64,000 nt of DNA from Cycas panzhihuaensis (Eukaryota; Plantae; Cycadophyta). Below, one piece after another: positions 1 through 13,428 of the stretch (the stretch's first letter is position 1; every line of letters begins with the position of its first letter). The notes under the pieces were generated by a model, which saw nothing but the letters and a program-made list of their open reading frames with translations, was not told the DNA's origin and ran no database searches. The stretch lies in contig CM041465.1 in assembly GCA_023213395.1 (NCBI GenBank), positions 252,037,741 through 252,101,740 on the forward strand, written 5' to 3'. The translations under genes and the position numbers were made by a program.

Positions 1-2115
1 CAGTGTTTGTAGCCATTGAATCCTCAGAATTGCATCCACTCTGCCTATGGGCATAGCAAACATACAAGTTGTGACCTTGTAATCGTTGATCTGGAGAGTT
101 ATGTCTTTGCAGTATCCTCCACACGGCGTTGTTCTCCCATTTGCTATTGACACCTAGAATGTGTTGAGGGGTTTCACTTGTAATCCCAGTTTTTCTGTTG
201 ATGCCTTGTTTGTAAAATTGCATGTGCTCCCACTGTCAACCAAGATTGATACTAGTGTTCCCTTGATTTGTCCTTGGAATCTTAGGGTTTGCAAGGATAC
301 TTGTTGCCCGATAATGGCCTGTAATGAGATTTGGACATTCCCTGCATCCACTTCCAAAAGTTCAACTTCCTCCCTTTCGATGCTCTATTCTTGTTCTACT
401 TCTTCCTCTACTTCTTTTGGCATTTTTGCATCCTCATTATTGATCATAAAAAACCTTCTTTGTTGGGCATTGGTGTTCCTTATTCCATTTCCCTCCACAC
501 TTGAAGCATATCCCTTTTATTATGTGCTCCTCTTTTGTTGTTCCTAAGCTTTCTCCTCTATTTCTTATAGCTAATGGAAGATCTGCTTTGTTCTTGATTT
601 TGCCCAATTAGGATTCTAGATCTGATATGATGGTGGATTATATCTCCTTGTATATGTTGGTCTGTTGTCTCTGAGTTCTACCTCCACATTTCTTGCTATC
701 CAAATTGCTACTTGGAGTTGTGGTGGGTCTGTTGCTTTAACTTTAAATTTGATCTGATTTTTCAATCCATTGATATAAATCTCCAATAAACATTCCTGCA
801 GTATTTTTTCTGAGACCATACATTGTAGAGTTTGAAATTGTTTCGTGTATTCTTGGACTGTTCCCTATTGATGTAATCGTGTTAACTGAGCAAAGTAATC
901 TGTGTTCCAAGATTTGTCATATTGCCCTATTCATCCTACTCTTAAATTCTGTCAGGTCTATTATATTAGTAATTTTATCTTTTTCCACCAATAGTACCAC
1001 CTTAACGCCCTTCCATTTAAGTGTAAGGATGCTATTTCTATCTTTTCCTTAGTTGTTGAGTTATAGACCTTAAAATAGTTCTCCATTTGTAAGATCCAAT
1101 TTGTGATATTCTTAGATGCTTTTGGATCAATTTTTTCAAGATAATCTTGCCCCTTTTCATCCATTATCCATGTTGGGAATTCTCCTTTCATAAACTTGTC
1201 CATCGAATCTCTTGGTCTCATTTCCTTGGTTTACTTGATTGTTCCAGGCATCCATCTAATCTATTCCAGATGCATTGTTGTTATCCATTTCTCCACCCAA
1301 TACGTTCTATGTTGCTTGATCCACTTTTGCTAGTTAGTAACTCTTGGATTAGGATTGTTAAGGCCTTTATAATCTAGTTTAATTCTAATACGCCTTCAAT
1401 TTTTTCCTCTGAAGTTCTAGATTGGGTTGCCATCTTCCCGGGAATGAGGTTTTTCCCTGACCTCAATTCCTTTTACGTTTCCCTTGGGGGGGCGGGGGCG
1501 CAAAATTCCTAACCTTTTTGAGCTTTTACCTCTACCCTTTCCCCTCGAAACGAAACTCTAATACCACTTGAAGTGATCTAGTTCTACTTTTATAACAATT
1601 TTCCTCAAAATACAGGTAATAATCCACAGAAAGACAATAACTAGATGCTATTCAACAGGAAAATGAACAAGGAACAGGAATTACAAAATCCACAAAAGTA
1701 AATAATAATCTTTATTATCGAATAATATCAAAAATAGAACGAAATTACATCAAAATGCCAGTCTTTCCTGAAAAAATGAGCTTTCCTCTTCGAGGCAAGG
1801 AACCCTCCGAACTTAAGCCCCTAAATGGGCAAGCTAATTGCAGCCCTAGAACCAAAAATATGCAACTAAAAGAACCTCCAAAGATAGTTTGGGATGTAGC
1901 CCAAACTTCCTATTTATAGTGATCAAAATACTTCAATTAGAAGTCAACCAGACTGGGTGATATTCTCCTTAATATTGCTCAAATAGAAGTCGGCCAAACT
2001 GACTAATATTCTCCTTAATACTACTCAAATAGAAGTTGGCCAAACTGGGAATATTCTCCTTAATACTACTCAAATAGAAATCGGCTAAACTAGGGGAAAT
2101 CCTAGGAACACAACA
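1..2115 (-). mobile_element. Ty3/gypsy (chromovirus-like) element, 5' part: 5' LTR (1569-~2115), PBS, degenerate gag and aspartic protease; runs off the window start
   Basis: ORF fragments 961-1221 (gag, LHLNGRALRWYYWW), 616-819 and 154-357 (protease LVDSGST). PBS TGGTATTAGAG on minus at 1556-1566. LTR and internal region are clearly homologous to element 37715-41017. Far LTR end is approximate. Confidence 0.88.
1937..2095. repeat. ~41-bp tandem subrepeat (about 4 copies) in the LTR U3
   Basis: Repeated AATAGAAGTCGGCCAAACTG..AATATTCTCCTTAATACTACTCA units. Confidence 0.8.
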
Positions 2116-2129
2116 TTCACTGCCACGTT

Positions 2130-3134
2130 CCCGATTCATTATGGCAAATGAATCCTTCCTAGAGAGTAGCTATGGAGGAGGAAAGAGATTCTTTACATGG
2201 AAATTTTCCTTCTATTCGAATTGACCCTAAGAAGACGATTGCACTTGTTGATCAAAAGCCAATAAACAAGTCAAATATAGCAGCTACACTTGGTGGAGAG
2301 TCATATCAAAATAATATTCGGTCTACATTTCTTAACCTAGACTTGAGGAGATTATACCAAGCGCAAACCTCTGAGGTCACTAAGAAATGACAAGATAAAC
2401 AATGGTGTTAATTAAATTGCGCTAAAGGTACATACCCTGTGTTCGATTTGGACTCGTCTTCGGTTGATGGAATATTACGACCTATGGAAGAAGCTCTTAG
2501 TTTGGAGGAAGAGTACCTAAAAGATCAAGTATCAACATCAGAAGTAAGATACCAGTCGATTATTCAAGAGGTGTTTGATGAAAGCAAGCTTCAAGTGGAA
2601 TCTTCTTCAACCACTAACCGAGTCACAAACCTATTCACGGAGTTGTTGGATGAACATCACAAGTCAACACTCAACAAGATCATCCTTGAGGGGGGGATTA
2701 GTCTACAAGGACAAATCTCCCGACTAACGGAGCAGTTAATTTTGCTTCATCCCCTATTTGCATTAAGGGGGGATGTCAGTGATAGTTAACTTGGGTTAAC
2801 TATAACTTAACACTTCATTAGGGATTAATTATTGTGTGAATGTGCGACGAAAGGTTATGACGAGGATGCATAACCATACAGGGTACCATTTCAGTGTATA
2901 TTTATTCATACCCCTTTGGTATTCCAAACCATCAACTCAAATCAATGTGATCTCATCATCTTCTCGTCTTCCGTCTCACCTTTGAAACACTGTGTATTGT
3001 TTTATGTTTAATATATTAAACATTATATTGGTGGGTTTTCTCTCAAGAGAGTTTCCCACGATAAATCTGGTGTTCGAGTCCCCCTTGTGCATGTTCCTGG
3101 AGTGTAGCAGTTCTTGTCTCTAGTTGGTTTGACA
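2130..3134 (+). mobile_element. 3' fragment of a copia-like LTR element (acidic ORFs, PPT, 3' LTR 2774-~3134)
   Basis: ORF 2439-2789 ends LRGDVSDS* across PPT AAGGGGGGA/TG at 2765-2775. LTR has the GGTGGGTTTT..TTTCCCACG motif also present in LTR 59960-60304 and ends TTTGACA. Confidence 0.6.
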
Positions 3135-6100
3135 CCCAACCTGCATCATGCATATACACAAGCTCTCACATATTTCAACATGGTATTAGAGCAAGTTTCT
3201 TGCCAAGCATAGTGTTGTGCAGGTTCACCATTTTTTGATGCATGGAGGTGGCTCCATAGAGACTATTGCCTGTTTGTGGTTCCGCTTGAAGAGGGTGAAA
3301 CCCTAAGCTCATCAGTGTTCCAAAGTGTGCCAAGCATTTATGTAAGACAGAATTATTGCTAGGTAATATTGTTCCTTTACCGTGTTATGTGAAGAAAGAT
3401 ATGGGCCAAGGTTTATCCTATGAAGAAATTAGTTGATATAAATTTATAAAATCTAAAATTGGTGATGAGATGAAATTATTTTTATGAATCTGAATTACTA
3501 GTTGAAATATTAACTCTATACCTACAAGGGTTTGTATTGGAAATCATTGAGAATTAGATTGGTGAATTTAGAATCAATTAACTGTTGTGAGTAAAACCCT
3601 AGCCACCGCTCAATAGTATTAGCCCTAAAGGAGGGAAATATGTCCATAATACTGATTGTAGGGGGCCAACAGTGAGAGAAAGAGGATAATTGCCCAATCT
3701 CATTGTATTTACAGATAATGCTTCACTTATATGGGGGACCAACATAAGTGAAGCAAAGATTATCGTACTAAACCGCTCGTGAAGGTGGTCCTCTAATGGT
3801 CAGGACTAGACACAAGGTTGCACGGATCTATCATGGCGCGTAAAGTCATGTAGTTTCATAAAGTGCAGTAAAACTTGGAATATGCTTATAGTCCGTAATA
3901 ACCAATCGACTTCTTGGCTACAAGACCTTGAGTCCAGTTCTGCATCCGTTGTAGTTTATGGGAGGATTTTGTGTTGATTTTGATTTGACAGAGGAGAGAA
4001 TACCTCATCGTAGATCTGGAGTTGAATTCCCTTCAGTGTCTAAGGCATGATCTACATTGTCATGGCGGCGACGAAGGGTAGCTTCCATGGCGTAGGGTTA
4101 TTCTTAGCTCTTCCATAAATTGTGTAGTGGCAAAGCTGAGGGCAACTCGGTGTGTAGGATTTATCTAATCCGGTTTGTGCCCATCTCCACATATAGAGCA
4201 GCTTCGTGCATTTGATGGCAATGAGTGGAGGCATTGTCTCTTTTGGTTTTATCTCACTGGATCTGTGTGGAAATCCTCCATATGCAGGGTAGCAGCTAAC
4301 TACATAGCTTGATTAAATTCATTGATTGACAACGACGATGAGCGACAAATCCATAGGAGAGCCTAAACAAGGTAGTTCCCCATCACGCAGAGGTCCTGAT
4401 CGCACAAAAAATCGATTGCAATCATAGGCTTATTATTTTTTTTTAATAATGACATAAATCCAACAATATTTGAAGATATTTTGAGATCCGTGGATGTGAA
4501 ATTTCTTAGGGCAGATTTAATTATTTTTGCAAAATCAAATCTGAATTAAAGTGAATTGGAATCCACTTTGAAGTCTGCCAACCCCCTTGCCATTAAACCA
4601 CTGGTCATATGAAGCCTCAATGTGACTTGTCACTAATCTCCTAAAAGGGCTAATCTCCTAACATTAACAATTTGTTTTTCATAAGGGGTTCCAACACACA
4701 TTTTGTTTCATATCTTTGCATCCAAGCATCCATTTTCCAAACCGTTTGAGTCGTTGGAACCGTATTTCAGAGACGGTTGTTTTGGTATATGATTTGAAAG
4801 TATTTGTTGTTGATTTACTAAAGTTATTTCAGTTTGAAGTGGGTACATAGATCTTGGGTAATAACTTTCTGATCAACTCATTCATACACCATGGAGTTGA
4901 GTGACATCATTGTTTTTGTGCTTGAACTAAATGAATATTGGTTAACAGATTATCCTTTCTCTTTACCCAAGTATATGGAAACAAATTTTCGTTTATTGGC
5001 AATTAAAATAGAATGCATATTTAGGGCTAAAGGCTTATGGAAAATTATTCTTGATAGTACTGCATTGATTAATGAAGAAGGGGAGGAAGTTTTCAAAAAA
5101 AAGAACAGAGTAGCAATTGATGTTATGCTTGCAGCATTTGACAAAGAAAACCTCCCTACATCTTATCAATTCCTTATTCAGGCAATTCAAAATATTGATA
5201 ATGCTAAAGAGACCTAGGACTTGCTAAAGGAAGATCATAAAAAAACCCTAGAAGAGGTGCAGGAGATTGTCAAAAGGATAAATAAATTTTGTGATCAAGG
5301 TAAAAAGGATGAAGCAAGAGAAAAGGTCACTCTTAGAGAACAAGCTATATATAGCAGCCTGACAAAGAATTAGAAAAAGAAAAATAAAGAGGAAGGAAAA
5401 AAGGGGAAATGCAAGTAATTAGATTGACTCCGGTAAGAGTAATTCTCACATATACTCATCTGATGATCATAAGGAAGATGAAAAGGTTTGTGAACCTATC
5501 TCTAAAAATGGGCCTAATAATTGCCATTCAGAATCTGAGAAGGAAGAAACTAAAGAACTAAAAACTAAGAAAATTATCTCACGCATATTTTCTTCTAACA
5601 TCTTAAGTTATAGCACTTGGCCAGTGAACAATATATTGTAGTTTGTTAGAAGGACAAATCCTGAAAGAAGCTGTAAGAATGTAAAACTTGAAGTTGATTT
5701 CAAACATTCTTCTTCACAAGTGGTACATTATGGAGGCACAACTGCCTTATAGTGGAAAGCTTGGGTAACATTACCATAATTTCTATTGATAAATTTGTTG
5801 CCGATTTCCAAATGATATCAGGTCACACAATTACATGCATGTGCATAAAACTCTGTATGGTCACATTCAACATAGCAGCATTTTTTGTCCTTGTCTTTGA
5901 AAAAATTCAGGTTGTATTGACATATACAGCAAAGGCACTAGAAGACTCCTTCGAAGAAAGGAAGGATACTTTGGTTATAATTGGAATGAAATTTGGTCAA
6001 AATCTTGTTTGTCCAAACAATTGTATATTTTTGGCAATGTACTTAGTTAGAAAGTTCAATCATGTTGTGATGATATATTATCTTCATGTAACCATAATTG

Positions 6101-7052
6101 AGAAGCTTGTGCATATGACCGTGAAAGAAATCCTCATTTTATTTGTCATAGCTTCCTTGGATGATGAGGAAAAAACAAAGCATCTTATTGAATCAAGACT
6201 AGCACCAGTGTAGAAATCATCACCCTTTCCTCTTTTTCAAGAGAACATTTATTGGTTTGGGAAGTTTATCATACTTAATGGCATGAAAACAATTAAGGAC
6301 AAGTTCTTTCTCTTCATGGAAACCGTGAAGCCCAAATCATATGTTGCCACTTTTGATCTTGGAAGGGGATTACACTTGCAGTTAGGATACTCAAATACAA
6401 TAGCAGTCACCAAGCAAGAAGCAGAAGATGACAGAGCAGGCATGATACACAAGATTTGATGCATTCCAAACGAAGATCGAGCTCTCAATATCATATTCAG
6501 GAAGATACCCAGACTCAGGCATTACAAATTCAAACAATACCTCATGTCAAGTCTTGTGTCAACCTTGATGTCAATCCTTAGTACTCAGTGTCATTATGTC
6601 TTTAGTATTCAATTTTTTGTGGTCCTGACATTAAACATTAAGGGGAGGTGTTGGAAGATAATGTTTAATGTATTGAGGTGAAAATAATGTCTTAGGGTCA
6701 TTAATGTGGTAGTCCTAAGTATTATGTAAAGGTCTATGGGTCCACATATTATAATGTTGTTAAGTGGTCATTAGGTTATTGGTCAATAAATAGGTGTTAT
6801 GTGATTGGTTGACTTAGTGATCATTTGTCCCACATGTAACACAAGTCCTACACTCTCTCATTTATGATCTATAAATAAGTGGTTAAAGTAGAGTGGTGTA
6901 CATTAAGTGAACATGGAATTCATTACAATGTTATTGTTATGTTGTCCTTATGATGTAAACATTTTCATATTGAGTTAATGCTATCATACAATGTTCATTA
7001 TATTTGTTTTATTGTTCTTGAATATTGAATGATCTCTTTGAATATTTTAACA
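3135..7052 (+). mobile_element. Non-autonomous copia-derived element (PBS, long leader, truncated gag, no recognisable pol, PPT, 3' LTR 6649-7052)
   Basis: PBS TGGTATTAGAGC at 3181-3192 directly after CA. Leader blocks shared with 26608-32436 (GAGGGTGAAACCCTAAGCT; CAGAGACGGT..TTTTGGTATATGATTTGA). Gag N-terminal ORF 4891-5217 (FRAKGLWKII). PPT AAGGGGAGG then TGTTGG...TTAACA. Confidence 0.7.
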
Positions 7053-7586
7053 TCCTCCAAGGATGTGACAATGAAGAGTTCGATAAACAAAATTAGCAAC
7101 GATATTTGAAGAGCAAATACTAGAAGAAGCCCCAAAGCGTAGGCAACAAAGTGGGAGGATTATGATGATTCCATGCAAATTGACGCAACAGAAGGACTAT
7201 TGGCAATCCATATTCTGCATTCTTTGCATGATAAAATTACATCTTTTTCACACGACTTGCCAAATTGAGATTGCCTGGTCGATCCCTACACATATAAACA
7301 CTCACACATCCCAGGTTTGAGAAGTGCCATCTCAAGAAGTATAAGGATAGCTACCTCCCAAGCCTACTCTGACACCAAATGAAGGTTGCATACACTCGAT
7401 AAACAAAAACCAAATAATCAACATATCTCATTGAATATTGAATGTGTACATATATAACTCATGGCTCAAGGTTGTTAGAGATTGTTACATAACCATGTAA
7501 CTACCCACTAATTACTCTTTAATTAAAACTCATAATGGCCCTCACATTAAACATATGACTCTTAAATTAAACATTATATTCCAACA
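7053..7586 (-). mobile_element. LTR element fragment: short 5' LTR 7380-7586 plus PBS and leader remnant
   Basis: PBS-like TGGTGTCAGAG on minus (7367-7377), 2 nt from a TG..CA-bounded ~207-bp segment. Confidence 0.55.
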
Positions 7587-8849
7587 ACCTCTACGTAAAG
7601 ATCAACAATGTTGACCTCGTCACTATCATAGCTATCTACATGGATGACCTACTAATTATAGGAAATAATGATATAGGCATCAAGTTCTTGAAAGAAAATC
7701 CAATGAGAATATTTAAGATGAGAAATATGGGACTGCTTCACCACTATTTGGGAGTAGATGTAAAACAAGAAAAATGTTGAATTTTCTTAGCTCACGCTAA
7801 GTATGTAAGACAACTTTTGATCAAATTCAAAATGGTTGGTTGCAAACTTGTTGCAACTCCCATGGAAACCAGATGTAAACCAACTCCAAAAGATCAAATC
7901 CCTTTGGTTGATGAAACACTATACAAAAATTGGTTAGAAGTCTAATCTACCTCACCTCTACTCATCTTGACATCGTGTATGCAGTAGGCATAGTTTCTAG
8001 GTTCATGAACACTCCTCAAGAAACACACAGGAATGTTGCAAAGAGAATCCTAATGTATATGCAAGGAATCATAGACTTTGGTCTTAAATATACCCAAAAG
8101 CATTACTTCAAACTTGAAGGTTTAAGTGATTCTAACTGGGCAAGAAAAAATCATGACAAAAAGTCAACATTTGGATACCACTTCAATATTGGATTGAGGT
8201 AAATCTCATGGAGTAGCAAGACACAACCATCAGTTGCTTTGTCATCTACCAAAGTAGAATACAAAGCAACCGTGGAGGCCCCCTATGAAGGAATCCAGTT
8301 GAGAAGAATTATGGAGGACCTAGAGCAAACTCAACATCTTCCCATAGTAATCAACAGTGATAACCAAGGTGTAATCAAGCTTGCCAAAAATCCCAATTTT
8401 CATGCTCAAACCAAGTATATCGAGGTGCGCCATCACTTTATCAAGAAAACGATATAGGACAAAGATATAGACTTGGCCTACTATCCCAATGAAATTCAAT
8501 ATGAAGACATATTTACCAAACCTCTAGGGAAAGAAAAGTTTAAATTTTTCAGAGAAAAGATAGGGGTAAAAGTCAAATAGAATAATCTTCTTTTTTTTTT
8601 TGGCAGTTTGGCAAGGGGGTGGCGTGAGGAAGGTGTTAAGATAATGATCATTCTAATTTATTCTTTCCATGTTGTACCATAGTTGCATCTTTTAGTAAGT
8701 CTTGCATGACTTACAAGTGTCCCTCATTCAAGCTAGATGTATATGTATAAATGCATGATAGCTCATCATATCAAACCAATCAATTGAAGTGATTGCATTT
8801 CACTAAAGGTATTGAGTACTTAGTGTTTGTGTGCCTATGATTCCCTACA
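7587..8849 (+). mobile_element. Ty1/copia RT-RNase H fragment with PPT and probable 3' LTR (8632-~8849)
   Basis: YMDDLL at ~7637. ORFs 7930-8202 (SLIYLTSTHLDI..SDSNWA) and 8239-8457 (DNQGVIKLAKNPNFHAQTKYIEVRHHF). Purine tract before TGTTAAG. Confidence 0.85.
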
Positions 8850-9659
8850 TTAATCAACTTTAATAATTGTCTATCCATGGGTAATCTAATTACTCTTGTA
8901 ACAGATTCTATAGAAATGTGCATTAATGTAGGCCTATAGGCTATCATTTCAAAACTTTTAGCCAACAAATCAGAGAAAATATTTAAGAGGGGTACACATT
9001 GTTGACCCATATTTTTGTAACCCTCTAAGAATGCTTGAGAATGGCTAGTTTGCAAATGGTTCAAAGCAAGGTCCAAAAATATGAGGACAACTAAGGGGCA
9101 AAAACCCTTTGCTTATAGGAGTGATTCCCTTTTTATTTAATATATTTACAAAGTAAATTGTACACATGTTATTAACAGAAAATAAGAGTTGTACAGAACT
9201 TAGAACACTATTGCCTAATTACAAGTGTATAACAAGATACAAAAAATCAAATATGTGCAATATCTATATAGAAAACAATGGGGAATAATGGCATTACAAT
9301 TCCAACATGTGAGTTATAAGGAAGAAAACACATGCAGGGGATCCAATTTCTGAGTAGACAAATATCATATCAAGTTATACATACCAATGCATCCATCACT
9401 AAATAACAATCAAGCAGAGAACACATAGATGTGTGCAACATGAAATGTGTAATATGCACACCCATATATTCATCATTGAATAACAATGAAGTTGAGAATA
9501 AATAGATGCATGTAACACAAAATATTTAATCTTTTGTTTGCTAAGTAGACTAAATGAATCTGAAAATTACAAAAATCCATAAAAGATTGCAATTCACACA
9601 GAGTTGATGTGGTGATGCCCACACAGTTATAGTAGAAAATATTAACAGTCACAGCATAA

Positions 9660-10125
9660 ATCATTTAGAATAATAACATCTCCATACATAATATTAGATT
9701 ATTTTAGCATTAAAGTTAAATACAAACAGATAATAGCATACCACAGATATAATATCAGATTTGCAATAGTCAAAATAAACAAATATCAAATGAATCCTTG
9801 ATAGTAAATTGCCCCCGTCGAGGCAAGAGTTTCCACCCAAATGGCACAGTAATGCCCTAATGGCTCTAGGTCATTAATCCAAATCTAAATATCAATCCTC
9901 CAAAGATGATTGCAAATGAATAAGGCTCCTCTATTTATAGCCCTACTTTTCTCTCTCTAAAAACAAACTTCCTATTCTCTCTCCTAAAAATACTGACTTC
10001 ATGTAATACTCCTTATTCTCCTAGAAAACCAACTTCTTCATAAATTAGGAATGCAATAGCAGGTAGCAACTAATTGTTGGATTTTCAATTACATTCCCCA
10101 CATTAGGAGGTCTCCTCACAACATA
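9660..10125 (-). mobile_element. LTR remnant
   Basis: Minus-strand TATA (CTATAAATAG, ~9931-9940), followed ~100 nt later by the CTTGCCTCGA motif found in other LTRs of this window; boundaries approximate. Confidence 0.45.
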
Positions 10126-10879
10126 GTATAGTCCATCCTATTAGTAGTACCAAACAATGTGGTGATTATCCTCCCTTGACCCTGGATTTTTGCCAAGTTC
10201 TTTTCGAAGTTCACCCTCTCAATAGAATACCTAAATGCTATAACCCTTCCCCCTCAAAACTCTCTTTATGTTGTTGTCCCTTCGAATTACAAATGTAACC
10301 TCTTCCCTTCCTCTAAAAGATTAGAACCAACTTCTTCATATCCATTATTTAGGCCCTCTTAGTGTTAGTATTATGGATTATGATTGCCACTCCACTCTGA
10401 ATTTTCCATAATCCACCTACTACAATTAGTCAAGTGGTTGTAATTGAAACACACAAGTCTAAATTGTCCAAGATCCACCTACTCCAATTGGTCTAGTGGT
10501 TGTAACCATAACACTAATGAATTATGATTGTTGCTCCACCACATATTCAAATCTCTTGCAACCAATTTCCGCTAATTTATGTTGCTCACTAAAGATAGTG
10601 TTTTTAAATTCTAGTTATCTCCCAATCTCGCTAATTTATGTTTCTATGAGTTGTTGCATTGTTGGATCACCTCTCCATCTTTTGATGTCTCTCTTTTTTT
10701 ATTGCTCACAATCTAAATTCTTCTCCTCTACAAATTCATGCTTGAATAATTTTAATAAAGACTTTGCAAATTGCTTCATTCTTCATTGAATCTCTTTTGA
10801 TAAGTAATTTTGAATTTGTGTGAAGTATGGGCTTTTTGGATATTAGCAACAAATGTGAAATAAAAGGAAAGAAAAAGCG

Positions 10880-11580
10880 CCCCCCACCTAAAATTTGTCC
10901 TCACTTTTTTGCAATTTCATGTTTTTGCATTTTCATGACATAAAACTTCACAATTTCTTGTCCTAATGGACCCTTTCATTCATATGCGAAAATACAAAGT
11001 CTAAAGTTTTAAACCTTTCCACAGAGGTGCCCACCACTTAAAATATGCCCTTTCTAACTTTTTCGCTTTTCTCACATTGTCACAACCTAAAGGTTTGCAA
11101 TTTCTTATCTCTATAAATCTTTTTGTTCATCAACAGAAGTGCAAAGTTTAAAGCCTAAGCCCACCACATAAAATCCTACCTCTCTCTTTTTTTGCAATTT
11201 TGCACGATGGGGCTTTGTAATTTCTTGTCCTCATCGACCTTTTCATTCTTCTACGAGATTACAAAGCCCAAAGCCTCAACGCTTGCTACTTGTAGTTATC
11301 TTTCACCTTTGTCAATTCCACAACACTACTGCTCATAGTCAAACTACAAAACCACAAAGCTACCAATCTATGAAATTGTGAAATACAGCTGCTTTGAACC
11401 TTTTGCAAAGAATGAAGTCTGAAACTTGAAGGTTTACTGCTCATAGTTATCTTCACTCTATCGATCCTGCAGCATTGCCATTAATGACCAAATATCCAAA
11501 ATCCATGAAGCTACCAATCCATAAATCTACAAAATTGCCAAATTGCAAAATTGCAAAATACTAAGACTTTGAGACTTTCA
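10880..11580. repeat. Degenerate tandem repeats (3 x ~135 bp, then 2 x ~155 bp), probably a retroelement leader
   Basis: AATTTCTT(G/A)TC..TT(C/G)(A/T)TTC..CAAAG..AAAG at ~10952, ~11099 and ~11219; TAGTTATCTT..AAGCTACCAATC at ~11293 and ~11445. Confidence 0.55.
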
Positions 11581-13428
11581 AGAGTTTTCATCAAGCTACA
11601 AGTCGTCGTTACAACTTGTAATTATCAAATCTAATATGAAGGAACTATTATGCCTTCTAATCTTTGATGCTTCACCATGTCAAAGCGTATCATTGGAATA
11701 AACCTAAACTAACAATAACTTGTTAAAACAAAACAAAGCAGCACAATGCATTAGAAGATTTTGCGAGGACCCACAGCAATATCTAAAGTATCTAAGGTCA
11801 ATGCGGGAGATTCATTATGCCCTAAGTCCTGTGAAATCATTTGCAAGCCTTGGTAAGTAAAATGTTTTCGCACTATTCCTCAGTGCCAAGATCTATGAGA
11901 TTGGAATTAACAGTTCTTGCTCTAGTTACCCTAAAAGGAGATAACACGTGCAAAGATGTCTAGCCCCGATTGCTACATTTTCCACTAAAATTTCACCCTT
12001 GCTACCTCTCACTTATCTATGTAATCTACAAGGTTAGCACCTCTATGTTGATACAGTAATGGTAGTCTTTCCTATTCTGCAATTCACTATGCAACTTCAT
12101 AGTTTGGTCATTCAACTAGTGAGTTGTTTTGGAAAGGTGAAGCATACTTCTTGTCATGATACAAGATCGTTGGTTCGACTTGATCAATTGCTAACATTGA
12201 GACAATTACTTTTGGCTCATCTGGAGTGAGATCATCTCAAACTGCCCCTTCACGAATTCTAATGGAGTATGATTTCATCACACATTCTCCTTTGTCATAT
12301 TGCTCCCCACACATATTTATGAATTCACCTCACTATTACACGTAGTCTTGACCTGAAATAAACGTGCATTCCTACATGTGTGTGTATAATGACATGTGGC
12401 ATGCTTGTTAGGATTTGAAAGTCATGGAATTTAGTGTGTGGGGGGTGTTTGCTTGATACCCTCACTTCACATTGTAAGGGACATGCTCTCTGAATGCCCT
12501 ACTTATAATGCATGAGGGATGTCTAGTTGAGGAGGGCATATGTTTCATGCGCCCTTTATAATTATCCAAGCATGCTCTTTGATGGCATATTGCTTCAGAT
12601 GCTCCATTGTAATCATGAGGGCAAACTCCTCAATATGCCCTTTTGTAAACTTAAGGACAGAACTCACGGTACACTCTTATATTAACATCTCATAACCTCT
12701 TAGAGTTTGGCATGGCAATCGATAAATTGGCCTTCTTTCATAATGAACATCAATTACTCAATGAAGGATTAGATTGTTTCTTCTTAATTTTTCTAGAGTT
12801 TATAGATTCCCCCCACCCTTCCACCTTTTTTATGGCATCAAACTCTCTCGATGCTTTTCTCTTTTCTTTTACATTGCATCAACACTTCATTGATGCCAAG
12901 CTACTCATTTTAGGATTGAATTCTCCAATCTCCTGCAACACATCTATGGTACAAACAATCTCTCAATTGGTAGTTTAGCTTGTCTTCAGTTATGCCAATG
13001 CTGGTACTGATGGCTCTACCAATAATGGTTGATCATAAATAGTCTCAAGTAGTCACCCATTTGTTTGATTAGACCATCCTCCAAGTCTTCTTGGTTTCCA
13101 TCCTTAGAGACTATGGCTATCGTATAGAAACATCCCATCTCATTCGCTTCATAGTTTTCTCTCATCCAATTGAAGAGGAATGTGTCAATATCACCCCCAT
13201 CTTAATCATTTATAGCCCCAAGCTCTACATAAGCATTTGCTTCATGCTCCACAACTTCAGCCATTGCATTGAAATCTTGAACACAATTGTATGCTAACTC
13301 TACTTGAGGTGCGGAGTCATTTACATCCCCGAAATGGTCATCTAGTTGAGGTGTGGAGTCATTTACATCCCATCCATGATTTTCTGAAATCTCAATCCTT
13401 TTATAACTAATTGAATTATCATTGATCA

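Noticed and set aside
2774-3180. Third PPT-LTR-PBS tandem junction
   Set aside because: This LTR does not match 6649-7052 and appears to end at ~3134, so nesting into another LTR is the simpler explanation
8850-9660. Non-TE-looking stretch as a possible further PHL exon
   Set aside because: No PHL-like translation with splice sites found on the minus strand
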